The notes below the pieces were generated by a model, which saw only the letters and a list, made by a program, of their open reading frames with translations, ran no database searches and was not told the DNA's origin. Shown piece after piece: positions 12,560-25,234 of a DNA stretch of 64,000 bases. Positions within the stretch are counted from its first letter, which is position 1. The number at the start of each line of letters is the position of its first letter. The stretch lies in assembly GCA_973895155.1 (NCBI GenBank), contig OZ316895.1, forward strand, positions 10,032,184 through 10,096,183, read 5' to 3'. Made by a program: the position numbers and the translations under genes. Origin of the DNA: Marsupella aquatica. Lineage: Eukaryota; Plantae; Marchantiophyta.

Positions 12560-12668
12560 CACATATGTGTATTCCCCATTTTTGAAGTAATATAAGAATA
12601 TTGTAGTTTTTTTAGGAACCCATGGGCTAACTCAAACGTATATATCTGTTTTGTGCGTTGTATGATAG

Positions 12669-15600
12669 AATGCATATGTTGAGCCGGATGTTGGGGTGTT
12701 ACCACGAGCTATGCGCCAACACCTTGTGCAGGCCATGGAAGATTGGCGACATGCCTCTCTACCACCAGATGGCGATCTGGATGTTCCAGAGCAGGAACCA
12801 GATGCCTCCCAATCAAGAGTTGATGAAGATAGGGCCATGGATGACTTGATGCACCAATTCTATGACATAGAGGATGGTGATCATGACATGGCTGATGGGG
12901 AGAACATTGAGGTCCCACTTCCACATCAAGAAGGTTCAAGGAGTTCAGCCTCCAAACAGTGGGAGGAAGCACGTCAACATGCGCAAACTCGGATATTTGA
13001 TGGATCACGCTTGTCTCGTCTTTCAGCAATAATGTTGTTGTTGAACTTGCAGCAAAGACATGGAGCAAGCAACCTACTTCTTGATGATCTCTTTCGGACA
13101 TTGCATGATTGTATCTTGCCAGAAGGAAACAACTTGCCAGACTCTTGGAAAGAGGCAAAGAAGGTGTTGAAGTCCATAGGTCTGCAGTATGAAGTCATAC
13201 ATGCTTGCGTGAATGATTGTGTTCTGTTTAGAGGCACTTATAAAGATGCAACGTCATGTCCTACATGTGAGAAGCCTAGGTATCATGAGGACATGTTGAT
13301 GGGAAAAGTTCCTCAGAAGGTCATGAGGTACTTTCCTCTTATACCTCGTTTGCGCCACCAATATAGATGTGCTGAGTTGGCTGAGTATATGGTTTGGCAT
13401 TCCCAAAATCGCTCAGATATGAGTTCACAACCACCCACCATGCGCATGATGGTTGACTCCCCTGCAAACAAGTTTGTGGAGGAGAGATGGGGTGAGTTCC
13501 GAACTGACCCACGTCATGTTCGCCTAGGATTGGCAGCGGATGGCATCAGCCCATTTGCACTAGCAGGTAAGGCCCAACCATATTCACTATGGCCAATGGT
13601 CCTTACTAATTACAACATCCCTCCATGGATGTCCATGAAGAAGGGTCATTTGCTCCTTTCCATGATTATCCCTGGTCCTAAGCAAGTGAAAAAAATTGAT
13701 GTGTACTTGCAACCATTGATTGAGGAGCTACAAAAGCTTTGGAGTGGTGTGGATTGCTATGATGGTCGAGTGCAAACGGGGGGCTTACGTCGAGAATTTA
13801 AGTTGAAGGCCATTCTTATATGGACCATACATGATCTTCCAGGTATGAATCTTTGTTAAATTATCCCTTCCCATAGCTAGGCAACCGTACCTAGCATACT
13901 TTGTTATGTATTGAGTTAGCTAGAAGCACATATATCTTTTAATAAACTTATTTACTTATGCATGGGATATATATTTATATGCAGGGTTTGGATATATTTC
14001 TGGCCTGACCACATCAGGATATCGAGCTTGCCCAACTTGTGGACCTGATTTGGAAGGAATAGCGCGGCCAAAGTCAAAGACCTTGAGGAAGATAGTGTAT
14101 ATTGGTCACACCAAGTACCTCCCTCCAGACCATGATTGGAGGAGAGACCCCTTTTTATATGACACTGAGGATGGCCAACCAGACAGACGACCACAACCTA
14201 TTCCAAAAGATCCTGCATATTGGAAAGAGGTATGGGAGAGAGTATCTAATCCACATGACCCATTGCAATATGCCCGGTGTGGCATGACTTGTTTGTCTGC
14301 ATTGTCACAACTGCCTTATTGGGCTGAGATGCCACTTAACCATTTATTTGACCCTATGCACATTGAGGGAAATGTTGGGAGGTCCTTGATTCGCCACCTA
14401 TATGGAGAGAAAGACAACAACTGGAGAGAGAGTTGTGAAGAGATGGGGATGCATGGCCCTCATGGTTTTTGGCCATCTATGGATCCCGATAATGCCCCCC
14501 TTACTATTCATCCTCCTTGGGTTTTGACACGAGGTGAGCGGACCGAGTTTCGCAAATGCATAGGGTCTATGCGATTTCCTACAGGGTATGGTGCCAATCT
14601 TCGCAAGGCATTTGGTGGACTTGACTCTCCAAAATGGCCAGCTTTCTTGAAGACCCATGATTATCATCGCTTATTGCAACATGTTATTCCAATTGCTATT
14701 ATTGGATTGGGTAGTGAGGATCTTCGTGATGCCCTTTGGTCGTTGGGTAAGTTGTTGAGATGGGTGTGTCAAAAGGAGGTGAACGAGGATGAGGTTGCAG
14801 CAATGGAGGTGTTTGGAGTGGAGGTTGTGTGCAAACTTGAAAGGGCCCTTCCTCCTTCATTTTTTGATGGTCAGGTTCATTTTCTACTACATCTAGTGCG
14901 TGAGGTTGGTATTGCAGGCCCTGTACATTGTCGTTGGATGTACTGGGTAGAGCGGTACATGGGAGTGATGAAGTCCTATGTTTCAAATCGCGCAAGGGTG
15001 GAAGGTAGCATTGCAGAGCGTCATCTTGGAGCAGAGAGCATGTTTTATTGTACAAACATTATTGCTACACTTGATTCAAATGCTCCAAGCGGGTGGATAG
15101 ATGAGGCATCAAGAGAAGCAGACTATGAGGATGACCGTTTGACAGGTGCAAAGGGAGAACGGCTTCTTGACCCTAGTGAGCGCACTAAACTCACTGCATT
15201 CATGTTGTATAACTCTCCAGAGATTGTTGGGGAGTGGACCACATTTTATGAGGAGGATAAGCACAATAGTCGACGACCACGCTTATTTCCCAAATTCCAC
15301 ATGTACATGAAGGGGAAGTTGTTAGAAGTGGATGCCTTGGTGGCTGTTGGGGAGAGTGTATCACACTTCCGAATGGTGACTGATAAGTTGCGCACCTTGG
15401 TTCATGGACCCCTACTTACAGTTACAACCAGGACTGCCATGTGGTCCAAGGGGAGACACTTTCGTGTGGAACGACTTGATGACAAGAGGGCAGCTACACA
15501 AGATTGTGGGGTGATGGGTTGGTTCACCCAGGATTCTGTAAGTAGCAGATCTGACACAAATCCCATCTGTTCTACTATAGCTCACTATGGAAAGATAGAG

Positions 15601-15936
15601 GAGATCCTTGTTGTAAAATACCATGCGCATACAACATTGGAAGAGGTGGTGCTGACGTGCAAATGGTTTCGGATGAATCTTGTTGGCCACAATCGAACAT
15701 GTGAAGAGGATGCTTGCAGCTTCACACGACTGAAGACAGGGGCTGTCATCAGCTCAAATTGGAGGGCCTCAGATCCTTTTGCATTTCCTCATAATCTTGA
15801 GCAGGCATTCTATCTCCCTTATCCAGATGATCCTGAGTGGTCCATTGTAATGCCTTACATTCCACGATCCCGATCCATAGTCCAAGAACAGCCAAATGTA
15901 GTTGTTGTGGAAGATTTGGAAAATGAGAACAACTAG
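12669..15936 (+). CDS. CACTA TnpD-like transposase (Transposase_21 + DUF4218 + DUF4216), intron 13843-13984
   Basis: IHACVNDCVLF, CPTC, MRYFPLIPRL, VRLGLAADG, IDVYLQPLIEEL, HDLPG|FGYISG..GYRACPTC, DPMHIEGNV, LKTHDYH, PPSFFD, GPVHCRWMYWVERYM, NRARVEGSI, DCGV, YGKIEEI, CKWF, DPFAF..QAFY. Spliced frame is open. Confidence 0.95.
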
Positions 15937-16224
15937 CTACTTAGGAATTTCATGGTAAAAGCTAGGTAGCTAGCACTAGCTAGACCTAATTAATGACCAC
16001 TTCCCTCCATGTATTGACTTTTTCGGCATATATATGTTATCTACATTGTCATTACCATTTTTTTGTTGCATGTTACTTTACTTATATATACCACTTAAAT
16101 CTTTGGGCTCTAGCTATGGCTATATATTTGTGCTTTTAATATATATGAAATGAAAGCTTCCAATTCATTTCAAGTTGACCCTAGTTGAGTTCCCACATAC
16201 TTCAAATGGAAATGGAGTCAAAAA

Positions 16225-16730
16225 CCTATCGGAAACACAACATGCCTTAATTAGAAGCTAGGAAGATGATAAAACCTTCAAAAAACCCCGGTTCTACTGA
16301 AAACCGATATTTCCGATATTAAAAGAAACGGAACACATATGCCATACTACAGGTATCGGGAAACTTTTCCATCTTTATCACATCGGAAATGACGTCCGTT
16401 TGTAATGGGTTCGGACATAAGTCGGAACACATTTTTGATTCCAAAAATATCGGAAATGTTTCATCCCTAAGTTCATCGGAACCAACATGCGATATTTTAT
16501 TTATCGGACACCTCTTGTGTCGCGGCAGTCTCATTGTCCGATGCAGGTAGAATGGGAAATTCTCCGATAGTTTTTACATGGGAAACTATTTCCGATTCTA
16601 ATAGTATGGGACAGTATGTGTCCGATGTAGAATTTATGGTAAATCCCCGATGCGGGGACAATCGGAGAGTACCGATCTTCTCTGTATCGGAAAGTGTTGC
16701 CGACCGAAAGAAGAGCATCGGAAAAACCCA
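16225..16730. repeat. CACTA right subterminal repeat region (TCCGAT/ATCGGA motifs)
   Basis: Dense atcgga/tccgat copies up to the terminal CAGTG. Confidence 0.85.
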
Positions 16731-18123
16731 AAATATGTACCAGTGCCTGACCTTGCAAATGGATAATTCAGGGAAAGATAACAAAAACCAGTACGTGATG
16801 GCATTTTGCAGTGAGCTTGTTAGTAGAGGGGTTTTTGAAACAGTGCAGATATCGTTTCTCATGGTTGGTCACACCCATGAGGATGTTGATGCATTGTTTT
16901 CAAAAGTATCCAACCAAGTGAAGTACAAGGAGGTTTCTACCCTCTTGGGGTTGATGGCTGAGGTTTGGGAGTGTGAAAGCATTCATCTTGTCCCACGGTT
17001 GATCCAAGAGGTTGCAGCTTACAAAGAGTTTTTGAAAACTTTCAAGGTAAAAGACATAGAGGGTCACTCAAAACCAGTGGCATTTCTTTTCTCTATGAGA
17101 GATAATGTTCCAATATATCAATACAAAGCACATGTGAAACAACCTTGGTACCCTCCAACCGGAAGGTCCATTTGGAGAACTGATTCCAGCACCAATGCTC
17201 TCATTTTACCAGAAGGTCAACCATTTGCAAAACCCATCTCTGGGGATGTACGAGGCAAGGTTGAAGAAATCATCCCATTCCTTAATCGTTACATTGAGTT
17301 TTTGAAGAAGAGTTGTAAGGATGAGACCTCTACAACATATCGTGAGCGGTTTCCTTTGGTGAAATATTGGCAGATGGTGGTGCAAGTATTATCTGGGGAG
17401 CTTATAATTGAAGGGGAGGCAGAAATACAGTTAGCATTGACATATGAATTCTGGCCAAAAACCAACCACGGAATTGGTTACAAGGTTAGTAGTACAGGAA
17501 CCTCTGAACCATTGGGGGAGCCTAGTAGTAGTACACAGAATCCACAAATGGTGGAGCTTCAGAATGAGTACCTGGAAGAGATGGAGGATCAAGCTGCAAC
17601 ATTTATTGGCGCTCGACACGAGCGAGAACTTGCACGTTGGATTCCTCTGCAGGACATTCAAGAGGGTCACTTTGTATTTCTCCGTCCAGAGGATGAATGG
17701 GAAAAGAAGAATGGGAAAGAACGTTTCTGGTTGGTGAGAGCTTTGGGTGTTGTGGACCCAAACCATGTTCAAGTTTCTTCAGGAGACTTGCAATGCAATG
17801 AGAATTCTCCTACTAGTACACGGTATGCTCCTATGTTCCAAGTGCAATGGTGGAGGCCTAAACATGGTAAGCATGATGCACCGGATCATGTGCGATATTC
17901 ACGTTGCTTTCAGACCACTAAGACTTGGGAGGTGGATCCTGGGTTTGACAATGCCACTGAATGTTGGCAATTTGCTAATTCTGCTATGTATGGATTCAAG
18001 TCACGCTCTAGAGAAGAAAATATAATTGATAGAGGTTTGACCATTCCCAAGAATGTTTGAAAACACTCAAAACCTACATGGAAGGGATTGTTGAGTAAGT
18101 CAAATGTTTTTTAGTAGTCACTC

Positions 18124-18920
18124 TGTCAGAGTGAGGGAGTCTATGTCATTTAGTTTGGAATTAGACATGTCAGAGTGAGGGAGTCTATGTCAATTAGTTT
18201 GGAATCAGACATGTCTTTAGTACTTACTATTGGTTAGTACTAAGTAGTATATATATCTATTTAAGTAACTAATTATTATAATATTTTGGGATACTAGTTT
18301 GATTAGGTGGAGGTAATTGGACTTGATTACCTTTATAATTGCTTTAATTAATTATTATATCAATACAGTCTATATATTACATGAAGTCTTAATATCCATG
18401 ATAGGATGTGAGTGCCTCTTAGTACTGTCTACTAGTAAACCTTAGTTTCAACTCGAGTTGCTAAGAATGTAATAAATTACTTGTCTGAATGGATAGTAAG
18501 CCAGGTATCATTCAAATTTAGTATATTAAATGCTCTCAATTAGTAACTAAGTAGAAGGTTAATTTAGCTAGCTAAGGGTAGAGATCATATTGAAGCTTTA
18601 CTAGTTATATGGGTAGAGATCATATTATTTGAAGCTTTACTAGTTATATGGGTAGAGATCATATTGAAGCTTTACTAGACACTTATATTCTATTAGTCAA
18701 ATTGAATCAATGTAAGTAAGTTCTACTTCTTATCCAACATATTTTATATTATTATCACCCAAATGTTTTTCTTTAGAATCCAAATTAATATTTCATTTTC
18801 TCCTATGTACAATCTTGATCCCCCAAATGTACAACATCTGGTGCCCAAATGTACAACTCCCACTGCCCAAATGTACAATTCTTGTGCCCAAATATATATT
18901 TTTGGTGCCTAAATGTCCAA
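18124..18920. repeat. Short tandem duplications downstream of the Sola-like transposase
   Basis: 44-bp unit x2 (18124-18213); ~35-40-bp GGGTAGAGATCATATTGAAGCTTTACTAG x3 (18576-18678); ~21-bp CCCAAATGTACAA units x5 (18806-18920). Confidence 0.75.
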
Positions 18921-19609
18921 AGATCAAAGAATTTTCCAGTTTTAATGAATAGACTGATAAACCTCCTCTGGCCATAAATGTGGAGAAATGAGGAGAACCA
19001 AAATGCACCCAAAATCAATAGTTTTCTTGCAGACAATTATAGACAACACAGGCTACATTCTGGTGAGGGTTGGATGGAGGAACCAGGTTTAGGAAGAAGG
19101 TACAGCTTGAGGGGGTAAGCTTGGGCGAATCATAAGCTTCCATATGCCCATAAACCCACCGGGTGTCATCTCAGGTTACTCTAGTTGATCGAGCTAAGCC
19201 AGCTCATGTATGAAAATGGGAGAAACCTGATAATAAAAACAGTTTTGGGGCAGACTAGTATTTTGACCAGTTTGGGGGATAGGATGATAAAAAAGGTAAT
19301 ACATAGTTATAAACAATTGGCATGCAACATCTAAATTTGACCTCCCAAGAAACGGTCGGCTGGGAAAATATGGCAGCTTTGAGATATCTGGAGTAAAATA
19401 AATTCTAGACACTACAGACTGAAAAAGCTTACATGAGACCAGATGTCATGGAAAACTGTGTTGTTTTGTTGAAATAGGTTCCAAATATATGTTATGGTTA
19501 GGTGTTAGCCATGTACTTAAAAAAGGTGACTAAGAAAGCTTGTTGGTCCAAATGGTTACCCATCAATTTTGCAACAAATGACTTTTGGAAGGTAAACAAC
19601 TTACCACCA

Positions 19610-22600
19610 CTACTCTTTGAGGTCTTAGGTCTTAGGTCTTTGAGCTCCTAGCTATGGAGTTCAGACTGTAGCACAGTTTTCGCGTCACTTCGACTACCCT
19701 CTTGCACTCAGTTTTTCTCGGAATCCAGTTTTCTCAGTTGCATTAGCTTGCTCTTGCCGAGGTGCATCAAATCGATATAAAACACGTCCAAAACGGTGCC
19801 GTATCAACATACTTATGGTCACATTCGTTTTCGCCATTTTTCAGTCATTTTTCTGCGATTTTCGTCTTCCTTTCGACGGTCATATCTCGGTCAATCTTTC
19901 ACGGATTTCAGATTTCTCAAGTGCTTTGTATAGCTCTTCTCTGGGAGAATCAGATTGATCCCAATAGCGGTCCAATTGGTCTCCTATTGCCCCGATTGGA
20001 CTTTGATTAGCTCTCACGTTTTTTCTTCAATTTCCACCGTTCTCACTTTCAATTAGCTTTGGGGTCCTGTAGCAGTTCCTTGTTCACGGCATCCGGCATT
20101 CTCATGTGATTTGGCCAGCTCTTGTCCGGGAGTGCAACATCTATCCCTACCGCGGTCCTTTTGGTGACATATCAACCACTTTCGGCTCCGATTACAATTC
20201 TGATTTACTCCTCCATTTTTGGTGACGGTTTCCTCTGATCAACTTTGGAGCATTCCTGTCTTGCCACATTTCTCCTCCGATTGGTGGTTGCCTTTCTTCT
20301 TCAGTTCTGACAAGGTGGTTTTTGCCAAGTTTAGTGGACCAGTTTGCATTCCACCATCTTTGGGAGCTGTAGCAGCACGCTCAAATCAGCGGAGAGATAT
20401 TCACTCGCATCGACTCCTCAACGGACACATCGACGAGTGCTCTAGCTTTGTTCCCGGCTGTGCCTGCACGTGCTCAACGGTTTTCTAGGCTACCGGTGGC
20501 GCCGCTTCTCGGATTTTGACGCGGTGGGCTCTCTCCATAGCCTTCCCTTTCTTTTCACATGTCTTGGTTGGGCCTTTTGTCGCTTCTTGATGCGCTTTTG
20601 CTTTTATCGGGTTGCGACCTGTCATGTCTACGTTGAGAGTGTTGGCGCGGGGCAAGCGCCCAGCCCCCCCACACAGTTCTCCCCCCTCCTCCCCCCCGCC
20701 TCGTGGTCGCCTTCGTGTTTGCTCTTCTTCATTGGATCTCTCTCATCTTCGTGATGACCCCATGCCCGATGTTCTGCCAGTCCCCCCAGTCTACTGCCCA
20801 CCCCATCGACGCCCTGGCTCCTCTCCCCACCCCATTCCCCCTCCACCCTCCAGCATCCCCCTCCGGCCTCTTCATCCACGTCGGTTCCCCCCCCACCTCC
20901 TGTCCAGTCGTTCCCTGCTCCCTCCCCAGACGAGCGTCCCCTGCATACTTGTCCTGAGTGTGGCTGGGTTGGCCTCTCCCTTCCTCATCACCGCGGGTGG
21001 GGCCGGTGCCAACGTCGCCAGCAAGCACAATCCAAGCCCCAGCCCCCTCTTGACCCAGTTAGCTCTGCCCCTCCTTCCTTGGAGGCTTCCGAGCAGGCAT
21101 GGAGTTGGGTTCGCTCTCTAGACCCCCTTCCAGCCTACCATCCAGGGTACATTAGACCTCGCCTTTATAACCACATCCCACTAGCGTTGCGCCCATTAGT
21201 CCGGTCATCCTTGTTGCAACTCATGCAACTTATCTTGGCGCATCCTATCGAGGTCTCCTATTGGTCTTTACTCATGCTTTTTCCACAGTGGACTCTTACC
21301 CTCCCTAGTCACGGTGGTCGCGTGGGTCATCGTGAGACTGCCTCTCATATCCATCGTTTTCTGCGGGGAGATTGGGAACAGCTTCAGGCAGAGTACTTTC
21401 TTCGAGCCCGTTCCTTTACTACCCGTGCTTTGTCTGACCCAGCTCGCCACTCTCATCCTCTAGAGCACAGACGCCTTCGTTGCTCTTGTCGTTTAGCCCA
21501 GGCTGGTGAATATCGTCGTGCGGTCCAGGCCCCTCTCCCACCACACCAGCCCCCCTGGCGAGGTCACCTTGAAGGCCCTTCAGGATCTCTATCCGCAGCC
21601 CTATGATCAGCTCCCTTTGTTCGTGGAGGATTTTGAGCCTGAGGAGGATCTTCAGTTTAGTAGAGACCACTTCACCTATGCTTTCCTCCATGCTCCGCGT
21701 TGCGCGGCTGGTGGCCCCTCTGGCTATGTCTTTGAGCATTTTCGTGATTTATTCCCCCCTGAGGATCCTCAGTCTGGTTTTCCAGTTTTCTTCTCCTTTT
21801 GCCAGTGTATTGCTGCCGGCCGTTTGCCTCCTCCCGTCTCTCGGCTTTTGAGTGCTTCTCGTTTATTGGCCATGGCTAAGTCTTCACCGGGTGTTCGGCC
21901 CATAGCTATTGGAGAGGTTTTTCTTCGTCTGGTGTCTCGCACACTTTCATCGTAGTATCGCTCTGCACTATCGGATCATCTCTCTCCACATCAGTTTGCA
22001 ATGGGCGTTCCTGGCGGTTGTGAGACAGTTATTGCGGGTATTCGTACTACCTTGGACCTCCACCCTGATTGGGTTGTCCTCCAGGTTGATGTCTCCAATG
22101 CTTTCAATACGGTTTCTCGGGCAGCAATTTTTCGTGCTTTGAGGGCAGCGGATCCAGACATCCAGTCCCTTATCCCCTTTGTCCGTTGTTTTTATGGGTT
22201 CGAGGCCCCCCTCTTCTATAGTCATCACACCTCTACAGGAGTGTATACCACTCTTTCTTCTGCAGAAGGTACACGTCAGGGTGACCCTTTGGGTGGGCCT
22301 CTTTTTGCCATTGCCCATTTTACTGCTTTACGAGAAGCCTCCCCGGCCCACCCCCAGTGTATCTTCCCCTCCCTTTCAGATGACACCCACATCATTGGTC
22401 CACCTGTTGCTGTTACTTCTGCCCTCGCCACCCTTTCCACCCATTTGTTGGGCCTCGGTTTACGAGTTCAGCCGGTGAAGAGTCGTGCATGGAGTCCAGC
22501 TGGGTTACCCTCTGATCTTGCGCTTCCCCCTGGGTTCTTACGTCTAGCCGACGGTCTTCGGGTCCTTGGCTCCCCAGTCGGTACCGCCTCCTTTTGCTCA

Positions 22601-24254
22601 TCTTTCATTGCTGACGCTCTCCAGGCTGCCTTAGCCCTTACTCCTATGCTCCCTAAGTTAGCAGACTCTCAGGCAGCATTTGGGTTGTTGTTGAGATGCA
22701 TCCACCCTCGTGCGTCCTATTTAGCTCGGACACATCCCCCTACCGAGGATCTTTATCTACACCTCCGAGCGTTTGATGTCTCCATTCGTGAGACTTTGGC
22801 CTCTCTTTTAGGGCCAGGTACTTTACTCTCATCTCCGTGGCTTCATCGACAGCTCAGTCTTCCTATTTCTCACGGTGGTTTTGGGCTTACTTCCACTGAG
22901 CGCCTTGCACCTTTGGCCTTCTTGGGCGCATGGGCGGCCGCCTTCTCATTGTTGGCAGATCGTTTCCTTACTAAGGATCGACCTTTTTTACTTTCATCTC
23001 TCATGGAGGTCGAGGAGGGTTCCCTCCCATTTCAAGTTCATTTGCGCACGGCGCGGTCATCATTACCTGATCCTGTTCGAGCTGCGTTACCTTCATTCCA
23101 GGAGTTTTTATACTTGGACCCCGTCCGTCTTCAGGCAGACCTTGCTGGGCGTATGCACGCTTTCACCCTTTCCAGCATCCTCACCGAGGCACCTGACACG
23201 GACCGAGCTCGGATTCTTTCTTCCGGAGGGAAGGGCGCAGGAGGCTGGCTTCAGGCCAATCCAGTCATTCCTCACCTGCGGATGTCTTCAGCGGAGTTTG
23301 CGACAGCCATGCGTCTTCGTATGGGCTTGCCCCACCCACTTCTTGCTGGTTTACCTCCTACTTGCACTTGTGGGAAGCCTTGTGATGCCACAGGTGTCCA
23401 TCTTCTTCGATGCAGTTTGGGCGGCAAAACCATTTTTGTTCACGACGCTGTGAGAGATGCGACTGCTCAGGTTCTCTTTGGCTCTTTGGTCTGCGCGCGG
23501 CGGGAGGTGGTGCTCGAGTTACCTGGTCCTCCATCACAGCGGTTACGGGTGGATCTTACCATGGTCCGTGACGGTCACCGTACTTTGGCAGATGTAGTGG
23601 TGGCAAACCCATTGCGCCAAGACATCATTGGGTCAGCGGCAACAACGGCAGGGGCAGCAGCATCACGAGCAGCAACATCGAAGGAGGCCAAATATGTTGC
23701 ACGAGCTTCATCTGATAGCTTCCTGCCCCTTGCTCTTGAGATATTTGGGCGTCTCCATCATCAGTTTGACGGACTTCTTCGCCAAGCTGCTCGGGATGTT
23801 CACGGCCGGATGGGTCCCACCGGGCCCCCGCTATCTGTTTTGACCACGCACTTTTGCCAACGCATTTCAGTCACCTTACAGCGTGCTCAAGCTCGGGCCG
23901 TCTATCGTCGATCTCTGACAGTGGGTGCTAGTGTGACTCCGCAGCGGCTAGCCCCCCTAGAGGACATTCCTGTCCCACTTGCCGATCTAGTTTCGACACT
24001 TGATGTAGACCACTAGCTTGTTGCCACATTTGCTAGGTATGATGAGGACCTCGGTCCATTTGCGGTAGTTTTAGTTCATCTTTCTTGGTTTTTAGAGGTT
24101 TCCTTTTGCTCACTTCTTTTAGTTCCTCTTTCTTGGTTTTTAGGGTTTCCTTTTGCTCACTTCTTTTGCGTTTGGTTTTGTCCACTTGGGACCTCTCTTG
24201 TTTATTCTTTTGTACTCTATTTGGCCTTTTTCTGTAACAAGTATGTGTATATTA
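19610..24254 (+). mobile_element. CRE-clade non-LTR retrotransposon with restriction-like endonuclease
   Basis: Candidate 9-bp TSD TTACCACCA at 19601-19609 and 24255-24263. RT/RLE ORF inside. T-rich 3'UTR with a ~48-bp duplication at about 24080-24170. Confidence 0.75.
20625..24016 (+). pseudogene. CRE reverse transcriptase-RLE ORF (frameshifts near 21080 and 21540, TAG at 21953)
   Basis: GVRPIAIGEVFLRL, QVDVSNAFNTVSR, GTRQGDPLGGPLFA, PSLSDDTHIIG, LRVLGSPVG, LPISHGGFGL; Zn-knuckle CTC...HLLRC; RHD-like VHDAVRD; RVDL...LADV; KEAKY; FLPLALEIFG. Confidence 0.9.
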
Positions 24255-24599
24255 TTACCACCAGGGGTGAGTTTTTTGGTATGGCAACACTTGACTAGCT
24301 ATAGATTCCACGCAATACACCCACCCTTGCAAGGAGTACAGGCCTGGCAGGAAGTCCATTTCCTTCGCACTTGCCTTGTGGTTTAAAGACTCACAATAAG
24401 CATGCCAAGTTTGCTGCACTAGGAGAAATATCTACGTACTTTTCTTTGATTTCAGGCCCCTAAAGTATGTTTCCAACATCTCGCATTTTTGTTACTTGGA
24501 GGCAAGTAGAAGAAGGAACTGCCAATCTGGACGTCCATAGTAAATGCCTCGAGCAAACCAGGAAACTTTTGGTAAATTTTCACCAGATTTCTCTAGTCT

Positions 24600-24950
24600 A
24601 TTAGCCAGTCTGTCTGAAAAATTTAGGGTTTCAGACAGACTGACCCCATTAGCCAAAATCTATCTCCTTAGATCTAGGGGGATCTGACATAGAAAGTAAT
24701 CTCGAAAACAAGATAAGGAATATTTCTAGCATTTTCTCCTTCACCCAAGGTGACATTGACCCCAGCTTAATCTTTAATTTTCGTTGTTAGCCAGCTTGGC
24801 CGTGTTAGCTTGTGTGAAGGAGAAGACGCTAGGAACAGTCCTTATCTGATTTTAGTGAATTATTTCTGACTGTCAGAACTCTCTTTACATAAGAATAATT
24901 GCTAGATTATTGGCTAATAGGGTTTGTGATTAGGGGAAAAACTGGCTCAT
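24600..24950. repeat. Imperfect ~350-bp foldback (long inverted repeat)
   Basis: AGATAAGGA..TTCTAGC..TTCTCCTTCAC (about 24711-24745) pairs with GTGAAGGAGAA..GCTAGGA..TCCTTATCT (about 24813-24848). Outer arms CTGACA/TGTCAG and ATTAGCCAA/TTGGCTAAT also pair. Confidence 0.75.
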
Positions 24951-25220
24951 GGGAGACAGACAACCTAGTGTAGCCAATTTTCACCAAAAGTGGCTAAATG
25001 TTTTTGGAGAAAATCTAGTGTAGCCAAAATCATCAAAACATTTTAGGGAGGTGAAAATGACTCTTAGATTCTAGTGTAGCTAATAGTGGTCGTGGTTAGG
25101 TGGGAAACTGGCTAATCAGAAACAGAACACCTAGTGTAGCCATTTCACCAAGAGTGGCTAAAACTTTTAGAGAAAACCTAGTGTAGCCAAAATTCACCAG
25201 AAGTTGTCAAAACTTTTAGA
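24940..25220 (+). repeat. ~167-bp duplication carrying repeated CTAGTGTAGC motifs
   Basis: CTAGTGTAGC occurs five times; ACTGGCT..ACAG..CCTAGTGTAGCCA..TTCACCAA..GTGGCTAA is repeated. Confidence 0.7.
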
Positions 25221-25234
25221 GAGATGAAGTTTAG

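Larger units (their letters stand above)
6474..16745 (+). mobile_element. Complete CACTA (En/Spm) DNA transposon, 10.27 kb
   Basis: Left end CACTAGTACAT; right end ATGTACCAGTG (reverse complement CACTGGTACAT). 3-bp TSD CCT at 6471-6473 and 16746-16748. Dense TCCGAT/ATCGGA subterminal motifs and a TnpD gene inside. Confidence 0.95.
5140..18060 (+). pseudogene. Sola-like (DUF7869-type) DDD transposase interrupted by a CACTA insertion (parts 5140-6473 and 16749-18060)
   Basis: Motifs CCxxxCC, VCKGAF, CTLC..H, IIHDKMDQ, then QMDNSGKDNKN and MVGHTHEDVDALFS. Removing the insertion and one CCT gives the uninterrupted frame ...LPRH-LTLQMDNSG. Confidence 0.85.

Noticed and set aside
16534-16748. N-terminus of the 508-aa ORF as a real protein start
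   Set aside because: It is CACTA subterminal sequence that happens to be in frame with the second half of the interrupted transposase.
18060-19600. Right TIR of the Sola-like element
   Set aside because: The left end is outside the window, so no TIR or TSD pair can be identified.
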